DNA of 64,000 bases, taken from Octopus sinensis. Its lineage: Eukaryota. Below the pieces are notes generated by a model that was given only the letters and a program-made list of their open reading frames with translations, had not been told where the DNA came from and made no database searches. Shown in pieces: positions 1-13,059 of the stretch. The position numbers and the translations under genes are program-made. Numbering within the stretch: position 1 is the first letter of the stretch; every line of letters begins with the position of its first letter. The stretch covers positions 10,044,001 to 10,108,000 of the forward strand of contig NC_043018.1 in NCBI RefSeq assembly GCF_006345805.1, written 5' to 3'.

Positions 1-286
1 TGGTGGTTGTAGTAGTAGTAGTAGCAGCAGCAGGAACTGCAGTAGTAGTAGTAGTAGCAGCAGCAGTAATAGTGGTTGTGATCTGGTAGTAGTAGTAGTA
101 GCTGTGGTTGATGGTGGTGGTAGTAGTGGTTGTGGTGGTATTAGTAGTAGTAGTGAATGAACTATTGTTCCCTCAGCTACTCCTGTCACCATCTTCCTAC
201 AACTGCTATGATCCTCTTTCATGTCTCCCACTCTGGGAGCAGAACATGTAGACACATAGAGACAGTAGCGGTACGGTGTGTGCGTA

Positions 287-358
<72 letters not shown>

Positions 359-746
359 ATAATATTATATATATATATATACATACATATATATATATAC
401 AGAGAGAGAGGGAGGAGAGAGATGACAGAATCAGTGTATATAGGCTGTGGTAGTGATGGTGTATAATTGTAGTAGTAAGGTATATTATATAGACTGTGTG
501 CGTATAGACAGTATTAGCAAGGTATATATAGACTATAGTAGTTGTGTATATTAAGTGTAGCATATTACATACATACTCAAATACACACACACATATGATG
601 GGCTTCTTTCAGTTTCCGTCAGCTAAATCCACTCACAATGCTTTGGTTGACCTGAGGCTATAGTAGAAGATACTTGCCCAAGGTGCCACACAGTGGGACT
701 GAACCCAGAACCATGAGGTTAGGAAGCACATACACACACACACACG

Positions 747-824
<78 letters not shown>

Positions 825-1019
825 TATATATATCTACACATACAGTCACTGATCTATATATATTATGTATATATATATATATATATATATGCATGTATGC
901 ATGTATATATATATCTATATATATCATCATACATGCTATTGAAGCCTATATATATATATATGTATGTATAAATAGATTGAAATATACACACACACATACA
1001 CAACACATATATATATAAG

Positions 1020-1065
<46 letters not shown>

Positions 1066-1103
1066 GCATACATACATATATATATATAGTATATATATAC
1101 ATG

Positions 1104-1135
<32 letters not shown>

Positions 1136-1139
1136 CATG

Positions 1140-1201
<62 letters not shown>

Positions 1202-1227
1202 ATATATATATATAGATATATATAAAT

Positions 1228-1258
<31 letters not shown>

Positions 1259-1307
1259 TATATAATATATATATAATATATATATATAATATTTAATATA
1301 TATATAT

Positions 1308-1341
<34 letters not shown>

Positions 1342-1402
1342 AATATATAATATAATATATAATATAATATATATATATTATATATATATGTATGTATGCA
1401 TG

Positions 1403-1434
<32 letters not shown>

Positions 1435-1438
1435 CATG

Positions 1439-1497
<59 letters not shown>

Positions 1498-1507
1498 TAT
1501 ATATATT

Positions 1508-1552
<45 letters not shown>

Positions 1553-1684
1553 TATATATATATATAATATAAATATTAATATATATATATTATATATAAA
1601 AATATATATATATAGATATTAATATATATTATATAATATATATATAATATATATATATAATATATAATACATATATTATTATAT

Positions 1685-1777
<93 letters not shown>

Positions 1778-1835
1778 ATATATTATATTAATATATATTA
1801 TATATATATATATTATATATATATATTATATATAT

Positions 1836-1870
<35 letters not shown>

Positions 1871-1900
1871 ATAATGTATGCGTGTCTATATATATATATG
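1020..1900. repeat. Long interrupted (TA)n microsatellite; other long tracts at about 14410-14660, 17160-17330, 46230-46580, 51700-52200, 62770-62990
   Basis: Direct reading. Confidence 0.95.
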
Positions 1901-2271
1901 TGTGTGTGTGTGTGTATATTTCAATCTTTTATACATACATACAAATATATATATAGGGCTTCAATAGCATGGTATATATATGTTGACTGCAGTAGTTGTA
2001 TGCAGAGACTGTGGCAGCAGCATATATAGGCTACGAAATAGTTGAACAAGCAGTGTATGGAGCGATAGACCGTTTTATTAGTTTAATACAGCTAAAACAT
2101 TAAAAGCACATAATATATATATACATTGTCTGGGAGACTCTTCTTTAGTAGAAGAAATGTCTAAATTCTTTGGCTGCTATTTCTAAAAGGTCGGTGTGTG
2201 GTAAAGCAATTTTTTTGCTGAACCCTATTATATAAAATAATATATATATCATCATCATCATATATATATAT

Positions 2272-2303
<32 letters not shown>

Positions 2304-2989
2304 CATCATCATCATCGTTTAGCATGGAGAACGGATGTTAAACGATGATGATGATGATGATGATGATATATATATATATATAAAACTATTTCTACATAAC
2401 TACAAATAAAATTGTAATAAATTATAATTAATTACAAACCATTTCTTTATTGCCATAATTTCATCAAAAATTTCAGCATACAGCGGTGGTGCCCCAGCAT
2501 GGCCACGGCCTTCAGGCTGAAACATTTTTAAGGATTTAAGGATGATTTGTTACATAAAACAGATCTGCGTATATAAAAATTGTTGGTGCCTGTCTACGTG
2601 AAATGCGGACCAGTCCATCATCAATTCTGACTACTCCCTATCACATGGTTGAAACTCCGACCCCCCACCCCACCCCGCCCCCACCCCGTCTCTCTTACCA
2701 GGACTGCAATTTACTGGAATCGCAATCTATCGATGTTCCAAAGATATTTCACATTATTATTATTATTATTATTATTATTCTATTTTTTTTTTGTGTGTGT
2801 GTGTGTGTTTCTCTTCTGGTTTTTACCTAGATTAGAGCTTGCTCTCCTAGACTCCACTCCTCCTCCTCACCCCCTCCTTCTCCTCCTCCTCCTCTGCCAT
2901 CTTTCTATCTCTCCACGGTTGCGTTCTTCGGTTCTTCGTTGTACTTTTACAATGCAGCTGTGCACACACGTGCATGCGCACGCATGAGC

Positions 2990-3023
<34 letters not shown>

Positions 3024-3149
3024 CACACTTACACACACATACATAAACACACATGCAAGCACGTAACACACATTTATTGATTTAAAAAATTTTTTTTTTT
3101 TGTCGTCATGATTGTTGCTAAATAGCAGCAGGATCTTCCTGCCTGCTCT

Positions 3150-4750
3150 TCATCATTTAGCATCATCATCACCACCACCACCACCACCACCACCACCACC
3201 ACCACAAACCTTTATCATCATTTAAAATTATCTGTGCATCGTTATCATCATCATCATCACCACCATCATCATCACCTTTGTATCATCATCATCATAACTT
3301 TCATCATGATCATCATCATCATCACCATCGTATCCTCCCCCTCTTCCTCTTCATCATCATCACTGCCACCACCACCACCACCACCACCGTTATCATCAGT
3401 GTCACTAACATAATTAGCATCTGTTCCAGCATCAGCATCATCATCATCATTATCTTCATTATCACCATCACTGCTGCAACCTTTCTTGTAATCCTCATAG
3501 TCACAACCACTACTAATACTACCACCACCACCACCAAGAGCTACAGGAGCAGCAGTACCACAACCACCACTACCTCTACTACAATGAGGACTATCATGAA
3601 TAGCGTTCTTAGAGCCACCACCACCACCACCATCACCACGACCACTGCCACCACCACTACCACAACCACCACCATCATCATTGCTACCACCACCTTCACT
3701 GCTATCAACACCACAACCAACACTACAGCCATCATCATCATCATCACCATCATCATTGTTGCTATGACTAGCAGCAGCAACAGCAGTTGCAACAGCAGCA
3801 GCAATAGCTTCAAAGATATCACCACCACCACCACCACCACCACCATCGCTATTATCACTGCCACTACCATTGTAATAATCACCATATTCATTACCGTCAC
3901 CATCTACCCCACCATCATTCCCACCACAACCATGATCTCCATTGCTACTACAACTACACCACGCTTACCACCACCACCATCACTTTGGCCATCATCATCA
4001 TCACCACCACCACTTCAGCCATCATCATCATCATCACCACCACCATAGTGATGATGATGATCATTGTGTCGTCATCACCACCACCACCCCCACTATCATC
4101 ATCACCAACTCCAACACCATCACCACTTCCACCTCCACCATACAAGAATGCTCTTGAACTTTAGTTGACCTTTAGTTTTGGTGTCAAAGGTCATTTGTTG
4201 GTATCACAGTTTACAGTGACCTTCAGTAAAATGTGAAGGTCACATGTCCAATATAATTGATGAATTCTAGATGAGATTAAGGAGTGGGATGACCAGATGA
4301 AAAATTCTGTTTGACCTTTGATTCATGGTGACCTTTAACTGCACGGAGTGACCTCTTATGACACACCATTGCCATGACCTTGAGTGTCAAAATAAGAGTT
4401 TCAGTCACACCACCATCACTGCCACCATCACCATCATCATCACCACTGACACTGTCTCCATCATCACCACCATTACCTCATTGAACACTATCACCACCAT
4501 CATTTCCATCACCATCATCATCATCATCATTGACAACACCATCACCCTCATTATCACCACCACCACCACCACCACCACCATCATCATTGTCATCGTCATC
4601 ACCATCACCTCCATCACTCATCACCAACATCATCACTGTCGTCATCATACCATCAACACCACTGCCTTCACCATCTCCATCACCACCATCATTGTCAACC
4701 TCACCATCGCATCATCTTCACCACCACCTCACCTCCACCATCACCCCAAT
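3150..4750. repeat. Degenerate (CAT/CAC/ACC)n trinucleotide tracts (3150-4140, 4400-4750) flanking a unique island
   Basis: Direct reading; source of the poly-His/Thr/Ile ORFs. Confidence 0.9.
4155..4383. promoter_or_regulatory. Homotypic cluster of nuclear-receptor half-sites (candidate enhancer)
   Basis: Perfect TGACCT/AGGTCA at 4166, 4188, 4217, 4237, 4312, 4329, 4349 and 4375, plus TGAACT at 4155 and TGACCA at 4290. Confidence 0.45.
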
Positions 4751-7266
4751 GAGTTCGATTAAAATTCTGCAGAATATAAAGTGCTTCTGATCAGTTTGAT
4801 CAATGGATGTATCCATGGGAGGTGAAAAGGCAAGTGTTCTGGAAATGAGAGACAAAACTCTCCAGGAGCGGAAACTAAGCACTATTCAATCACAGACAGA
4901 CTTTCCTGCAGAAGGTATTGAACTCAAAACTGCAAATCAACAATTTAATTATCAATGCCATGGCACTGCTCTTGTTTACAATGGTTGACTGCACTACACT
5001 TGGTACCTATATTTAGTTTGGTGAACTGAGTAGTCAACAGTTACATATATAACAGTTATATATAATAGGCAGTTGAGTGAACTATACCATATGCTTCATA
5101 ACCATGCACCATGTGCTACATGTTCCCTCATCATATGCTACTAAACATGTACCATTGCCAAACACTAAATCACAAATACACACCTACCATGCACCATATG
5201 ATATGTATCACTACCATATCTTTATGCACATGTAATTCTACCATACATTATGCAAAAACATGTAGCATTGTCATGCTCAGTATAACACATGTAGCATCGC
5301 CATATACCATAAACTACATGTCACACTATTAATACCTTCAAAAATATATCAAAACAAAAGTAAATACTTTTGCACTTTTAGTGTGGTACAACATGAAGAA
5401 AAGAAAATAGCCATCAATATTTTGAACAAGAAGCCCTTTGTCAGGAGAGAGAAAAGAAAAAATATATGTATTACAAATAAAAGTTCTACACTAATTTACT
5501 AAGTGATCAGGGTTGACATTTGGCTTTGATCTGCAATATCATTTGTTCCTATATATGTATATATATATATATATATATATACAAAGAGAGAGAGAGAGAT
5601 ATAGATTTATAGTAGTATAAAATACAATTATAATTAGAGGCATAGAAGAGGTCATGTCTATGCTGAAAATAAGCACTAAATCACTTAAACCACTTAAAGT
5701 TATCATTTCTTTATAGTACACGTGTTGAAATTAAGGGAGTAGAATCACAGAAATTCAGAAAATAATACAACTGGTAACCTTGGATTGATCAATTTCTAGA
5801 TTAGTCCAATAACCTTTTAACAGCTTGGGTATAAATTACAAAATATGAATAAATGTATACATGCAAAACAAGAGAAAGCACAGAATGGAGACTTTCAGAT
5901 AATGAATATTTAAGTATAAATATATAGATAGTTATATAAACAGATCAAGCTTACACAGAGCACAAATGACAGAGGAGATTAAAGGGGATGAAGTAAGGTC
6001 TTATAAACCCAACAGCTGTTTCCGGGACTCAGAGATCCATCATCATGTTGGTAGATGTAGTTCACTAAATTATGCAGCTGGTAATAGAAATAAATAATTC
6101 CTGGATAAATCGAGCGTCCGTCATCAGGGAAGAAAAAGATCTTACATTTCAGATCCTAATACAAAGAAGTTCAAAGGTGGAATTCATTAATCCATATACA
6201 TTCATGTGTGTGTGTGTGTGTGTGTGTGTGATATACATATACACATATAAATATATGTATGTATGTATATATCTATGTGTGTGTGTCTTTGTGTTTGCCC
6301 CCATGAATGATTGACAACAGGTGATGGTTAGTTTACATCTCCCTAAACTTAGCAGTTTGGCAAAAAAAGATCAATAAAATAAGTACCAGGCTTAAAATAT
6401 ACTGGGTCAATTCATTCAACTAAAACCCTTCAATGTGGTGCCCCAGCATGGCTACAGTCTAATCAGTGAAGCAAGTAATAGATATAATACACACACACAT
6501 ATTATATATATGTACAGGATGAATAAAACTGAAGATTTGGTTATAAAATATTTTTTATAACATCAGAATTACATTATTTTTACAAGTGTTTCACTAGCAC
6601 AGACTAGTGTTTTAATGACAATTGTTACATAGATGATCGCATAACCACTTTTTAATGCCAGATCATCAGAAGAAAATGTAATTTTATTCATTGTTGGTCA
6701 CCAACATCAGTTGGTAAGCAGAGCCAAGCTAAAAACTAGCAATATATATATATTATTCGCCTTTACGATAACTTCACCAGGCTGTGATTTACATTGGGGT
6801 ATTTTGACTTTTTATAATCTTTGATTTTTTTTTTTGTTGTAAGTTGGAGCATTGTGATGATAATTAAGTTTGGTGTAAGTGAAAAGAGGAAATAGAGGAG
6901 GATAGAAGGAATGTAAATGTTTGTATGGTGTGGGTTGATAGAAAGGTATAGTGAAGAGATTTATTTTGGTATGATGTAGGAATTTTTGTATTTAAGGATG
7001 GTTTTCGTGATACTTTAAGCTTCAAAAGAAGATTTGTAGATAATATAGTTGATCACTCATAGATTAGATTAAGGTTGGATTTGGTGTTAGTGTTAGTATT
7101 CTGTTTAGAAATTGTAAACTGGATATTTTGGGATGTTTTATATTAAAGAGACTGTTACTATGAATATTTAATAGGGTCTTCAGTTCTCTTTCTAGTAAGG
7201 CTATATTTGTCTTTTATAAGCATTAGACAAAGGCATACACTAAACTGTGATGCTATACATCTAGAT

Positions 7267-7747
7267 CAGGGGTCACCAAACTTTTTTGACCATTGAAATC
7301 CTTTAGCCACTTCTTCCACATCAACCCCCTTTAGTCTCTTCTCTTTCCTCATTTAAAATAGCTTAATACCCTACCTTACCATACAATATCTTAAATGCAA
7401 ACTGGGTACTGATGTTGGCAATTAAAATGTTAGCTAAAATATACATGAATGACAAATTAAGAAATTCTATTGAAGATGACACACTTTTTACATTTAAAAC
7501 TTATGAGCAAGAGTATACAGTATTAAAATCTCAATTTCTATGAAATTGTTTCCATGGATACAAAATGTGAAAAATGCATCATGTTTTCCCATGTTTCATG
7601 GTGCCAACAAAATATTTCAAGCAGTTTATCTGGGTGAGCTGGCCTTTCACATGCCAACCCCTATTTGACCCCTTGGCTATCATTGAACCTCTTTAATTCC
7701 TCACAGACCTCTAGGGGGTCCCTCGGGCCCCATTTTGGCACCCCCTG
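7267..7747. mobile_element. hAT (Charlie-like) non-autonomous MITE, 481 bp
   Basis: TIRs CAGGGGTCACCAAAC / revcomp CAGGGGGTGCCAAAA. Exact 8-bp TSD ATCTAGAT at 7259-7266 and 7748-7755 (NTCTAGAN target typical of Charlie-type hATs). Confidence 0.85.
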
Positions 7748-7886
7748 ATCTAGATGAAGGGATAAGGCTGATGGATGTTTCCATAGGTATATGTGGTGAA
7801 AGGAGACACAGATGTATAAACAATGTATAAATATAGAAATATATACACATATACACAAAAATGTGTACATGGGTCTATGTAAACAC

Positions 7887-7926
<40 letters not shown>

Positions 7927-8439
7927 GTAATACATATGCATGCATTCATACCCAAACTTCATCACCTGGTCAATCACTCGCATTGTCAAGGGCATACAGA
8001 CACAGTCATATAGAGATGCACACACACACATCTATATATATAAATATATATATATACATACCTGAGGAGACCCCTTCAGTCATGAATGACCATGGGATTG
8101 CACCTAGAAAGTTACCCTCCGAGACACAAGTCCGGGCAAGGTTGTTTATGGAAGACCAGCAGTCGCCCATGCATACCGGCCTCCCCTCTCCATGCCATCA
8201 GTGTTATGCAGGGGAAAGGCAAAGGGGCCGATACAGCTTGGTACCTGTGACGTCGCAACTCATTTCTACAGCTGAGTGAACTGGAGCAATGTGAAATAAA
8301 GTGTCTTGCTCAAGAACACAACATGCAACCCGATCTGGGATTGGACCTCACAACCTCACAGTCGTAAGTTCAAAACTCTAACCACTGAGCCATGCGCCTT
8401 CACACACATATATATATATACATACATATATATATATAT

Positions 8440-8488
<49 letters not shown>

Positions 8489-8505
8489 CATACATACACA
8501 CACAG

Positions 8506-8542
<37 letters not shown>

Positions 8543-9284
8543 ACACAAAGTAAGTTAGGGGTTATGGGTGCAACCCACTAAGGGATAGTATTTATCCAAT
8601 ATACTGTTGGTAAAGAACCCAAATTCTTAATACATAAACATTTTTAATTGCAATGCAATTAACTTATTTACTGTATTAAACGGGTGACGGTAAAGAAATA
8701 TTTTTACCGTTAATTTATAATACAAATAAGAAAATGGAGAAACAAATTTGGTTTGTTCATCAACTTTCGGAAATTAGAATGTTGGATTATTTATTCATTT
8801 AACAAAATGAGAACATCAATAGCATACATATACTCTTTACTCTTTTACTTGTTTCAGTCATTTGACTGCGGCCATGCTGCAGCACTGCCTTTAATCGAGC
8901 AACACGACCCCGGGACTTATTCTTTGTAAGCCCAGTACTTATTCTATCAGTCTCTTTTGCTGAACCACTAAGTGACGGGGACATAAACACACCAGCATCG
9001 GTTGTCAAGCAATGCTAGGGGTGCAAACACAGACACAAATATACACATACATATATACGACAGGCTTCTTTCAGTTTCCATCTACCAAACCCCTCACAAG
9101 GCTTTGGTTGGCCCGAGGCTATAGTAGAAGACACTTGCCCAAGATGCCACGCAGTGGGACTGAACCCAGAACCATGTGGTTGGTAAACAAGCTACCTACC
9201 ACACAGCCACTCCTGCGCCTATATACACCTTATAATTCAATACATATAAGATAAGAATACTAATGATAAAAGTCATAATATAAT

Positions 9285-9331
<47 letters not shown>

Positions 9332-11488
9332 AGAGCTCATACTATAGTAATCCTCTCAACCTGTTCTGATAATTGCCACAGTTACCTTAACTCCTGGCAT
9401 GAAATTGATTTGTAAAGTGGTTGATATGAGGATGTGAATATTCTCTATTTTATTGACAGTAAACATATATCCACTTATTCTATCAACCAAGAGATGAGGA
9501 TCTGTTCTTTTCTGACTCATAAATTTTTATCTAATATATATGTATTTATAGATATATGTATGAAGATATATATATATAAGTATGGAGTGGCTGTGTGGTA
9601 AGTAGGTTGTTTACCAACCACATGGTTCCGGGTTCAGTCCCACTATGTGGCACCTTGGGCAAGTGTCTTCTACTATAGCCTCGGGCCGACCAAAGCCTTG
9701 TGAGTGGATTTGGTAGATGGAAACTGAAAGAAGCCCGTCGTATATATGTATATATATGTATGTGTGTGTTTGTGTGTCTGTGTTTGTCCCCCTAGCATTG
9801 CTTGACAACCGATGCTGGTGTGTTTATGCCCCCGTTACTTAGCGGTTTGGCAAAAGAGACCGATAGAATAAGTACTGGGCTTACAAAAAAGAATAAGTCC
9901 CAGGGTCAAGTTGCTCGATTAAAGGTGGTGCTCCAGCATGGCCGTAGTCAAATGACTGAAACAAGTAAAAGAGAAAAGAGAAAGAGAGAAATATATGTAT
10001 GTACGTACATATGTATGTATGTACAAACATATGTATACATGAAGAAAAAAAGGGATTAAAATATCCAGGCACATATCAATAAAGCACTCAGTGTTAAACG
10101 AATTTGGTTAATTACATCAAAGAATTGGACACCAATAAATGCAAGTAGAATACACATCCAAGGTAATTCCTTGTTTATGGCAAATAGATCCAAATATCAT
10201 TTGGAAGAATTTCAAGAAATTCAGAGACAACAAAAATAAATTTGCTATCTTCTATATCTAAATATGTTGATACCACTGAAACGATTGTTGGCTTTGTATG
10301 GTGAATCCAACAATTAAAGATGTGATTTTCTCTATCCATATTTTTATTTGGCTCCTATGCCGGTGGCACGTAAAAAACACCCACTACACTCACGGAGTGG
10401 TTGGCGTTAGGAAGAGCATCCAGCTGTAGAAACACTGCCAAATCAGACTGGAGCCTGGTGCCACCTCCATGGCTTACCAGATCCCGGTTGAACCATCCAA
10501 CCCATGCTAGCATGGAAAACGGATGTTAAATGATGATGATGATGATATATATATATACACACACATACACACAAACATGTGTATAAATATTTATATATGT
10601 AGACACATACACGCACACACATGTATATTTCCATCCAAGACAGAGATGAATATCAATAATACATGTGACAGGCTTGGAAAGTGTTAAGGGTTTTCTCTCT
10701 TAACAAGAAACCAATGGTAGCCTTAACGCATAAAAAAATGATTTTTATCCATTATCTAACAATGCAATGCTGGGCACTCATTCTTATTGTTTGATACTAA
10801 TCGCGTGTGTGTATATGATATAATATATTATATATATATAATATATATATATACACACACCCACACTATACATACCCCACTGTGTAGGTGGTTGGTGTTA
10901 GGAAGGGCATCCAGCCATGAACAAACCCTGCAAACAGACAATGAAGCCTGGTGCAGTTTCTGCCAAGCCATTCTTGTCAAACTGTCCAACCCATGACAGC
11001 AGGAAAATGGACTTTAAAGAGTGATGATGGTGATAATGATATTAAAAGGGTAAAGACCCCCTTCGGTCATGACTGACCATGGGATTGCCCCCTAGAAAGT
11101 TACCCTCCTAGACACAAGTCCGGGCAAGGTTGTTTATGTAAGACTAGCATCGCCCATGCATACGGCCTCCCCCTCCTCACTACACCCAGTGTTATCCAAG
11201 GGAAAACGAAGGTCGATACAGCTTAGCACCAGTGACGTCGCAACTCATTTCTCACAGCTGAGTGAACTGGAGCACGTGAAATAAAGTGCCTTGCTCAAGA
11301 ACAGATGATATATTATATATATATATTATATATATATAATATATAAGAAGGATGACCACTGATGGTCATTCCTCTTACATGTATGTAATATAATTTTTCT
11401 GAATCTTCAGATTTTTTCAATATGCTAGACACTGGTTTTAAATTGATATTAATCAAATTAATATTCAATTTTTCACCCTTATTATTTT

Positions 11489-11693
11489 CGTGTGTACCGT
11501 TGGCGATTTTTTTACCTCCGTCTTCCCTTCTCTGGCTCTTTCCTTCTCCTATGTTTCCGACGAAGAGCTCCGCTCGAAACGTTAAACCTTCCTTCTTCCC
11601 TTCTTTCCTGAGCGTCCAATAATACTTTATTTGTTCCACGTCCTCGCGTTGTTGTGCTTTTTTTGTTTTTGTGTCTTCTTGTTTGGATTAACT
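11489..11693 (+). mobile_element. ~200-bp repeat carrying a minimal hammerhead (probably Penelope-like pLTR-derived), copy 1
   Basis: GTTT-CCGACGA-A-GAGC-TCC-GCTC-GAAA-CGT-T-AAAC at 11553-11587; same repeat found four more times in the window. Confidence 0.7.
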
Positions 11694-11695
11694 CT

Positions 11696-11738
<43 letters not shown>

Positions 11739-12317
11739 AATTCACACATACACACACACACACACATGTATACACACACATTGTGATAGTATTGAATTTG
11801 TTTCGCATACATCAAGATATAATTGTTACGAGAACACAATGCATCATCGTTATCATCATCATAATCATCTTCATCAACAAGCCTGTGCCCCTCAGTTTCT
11901 TGTGGGAGGACAGGAAAATATAACGTTTCACAAACAAAATATTTGTTGTTTGTTTGAATGTATCCATGGCAGAACAAAAAAAAAAAAAGAAAAAAATAAG
12001 AATCAATAAACTCCCAAGTCAATATCTCCATGGCAACTCGAACAAGATAAAAACATTTCTTGTTAAAGATGTGACAAGGTGTGAGAGGACCGCTGTTACC
12101 TGTTCACTTAGCTACAATGGCCTGGCTAACGAATGCTTAGAGTGAAGTGGATGTCGGGAACTGAAGTGGAATGTCGTTGATCAGATGGCTGGTTGGTTGG
12201 GCTTAACCTGGGGTTAAATGACAATACCAGCAATAGCAACAACAGCAACAAAAGATACCCATTTTAGTAAGTAAAGAGTGGTCTATCTATCCATCTATCT
12301 ATCCATTTGTCTGTCTG

Positions 12318-12349
<32 letters not shown>

Positions 12350-12441
12350 CCTATCTATCTATTTATGTCTGTGTCTGCTTATATCCGTCTGTTGTCTGTC
12401 TATATATCTATCCATTGTGTGGCACTTTCAGCAAGTATCCA

Positions 12442-12485
<44 letters not shown>

Positions 12486-12740
12486 ATATATATTATATAT
12501 ATACATATATAATTCTTTACTTACTACCACAAGGGCTAAACACAGAGGGGACAAACAGGACAGACAAAGGGATTAAGTCGATTAAATCGACACCAGTGCG
12601 TACCTGCTACTTATTTAATCGACACCGAAAGGATGAAAGGCAAAGTCGACCTCGGCGGAATTTGAACTCGGAACGTAACAACAGACGAAATACGGCTACG
12701 CATTTCGCCTGGCGTGCTAACGTTTCTGCCAGCTTGCCAG

Positions 12741-12779
<39 letters not shown>

Positions 12780-13022
12780 GAGAGAGAGAGAGAATAGATG
12801 GTGATACAATATCCAGGTAGTTATGATTCAAGCACTTGATAGTATAAATAGTGATAAAATAAATTATGCAGGTGTACTAATCGCTGTATTCAGTGTCACT
12901 GTATATGCATGTGTGTGTGGTGTGTGTGTGTATATATATTATATATATCTATATATATATGAGTGTATTTTACCTTGTTAACAATTAACGCGGATAAATG
13001 AATGAATAGTTACTTGTATTCC

Positions 13023-13059
<37 letters not shown>

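Noticed and set aside
157-1150. IY-, HT- and CV-repeat ORFs here and throughout the track
   Set aside because: Translations of (TA)n/(CA)n microsatellites, which lack stops in some frames; no protein features.
3278-4790. Long His/Thr/Ile-rich ORFs (256 aa etc.)
   Set aside because: Degenerate CAT/CAC/ACC tracts open in several frames on both strands; no splice or compositional support.
6780-7250. Possible Penelope RT/GIY-YIG remnant on minus (also about 56950-57500)
   Set aside because: Multiple stops and no unambiguous motif; needs a profile search (tBLASTn/HMM) that I cannot run.
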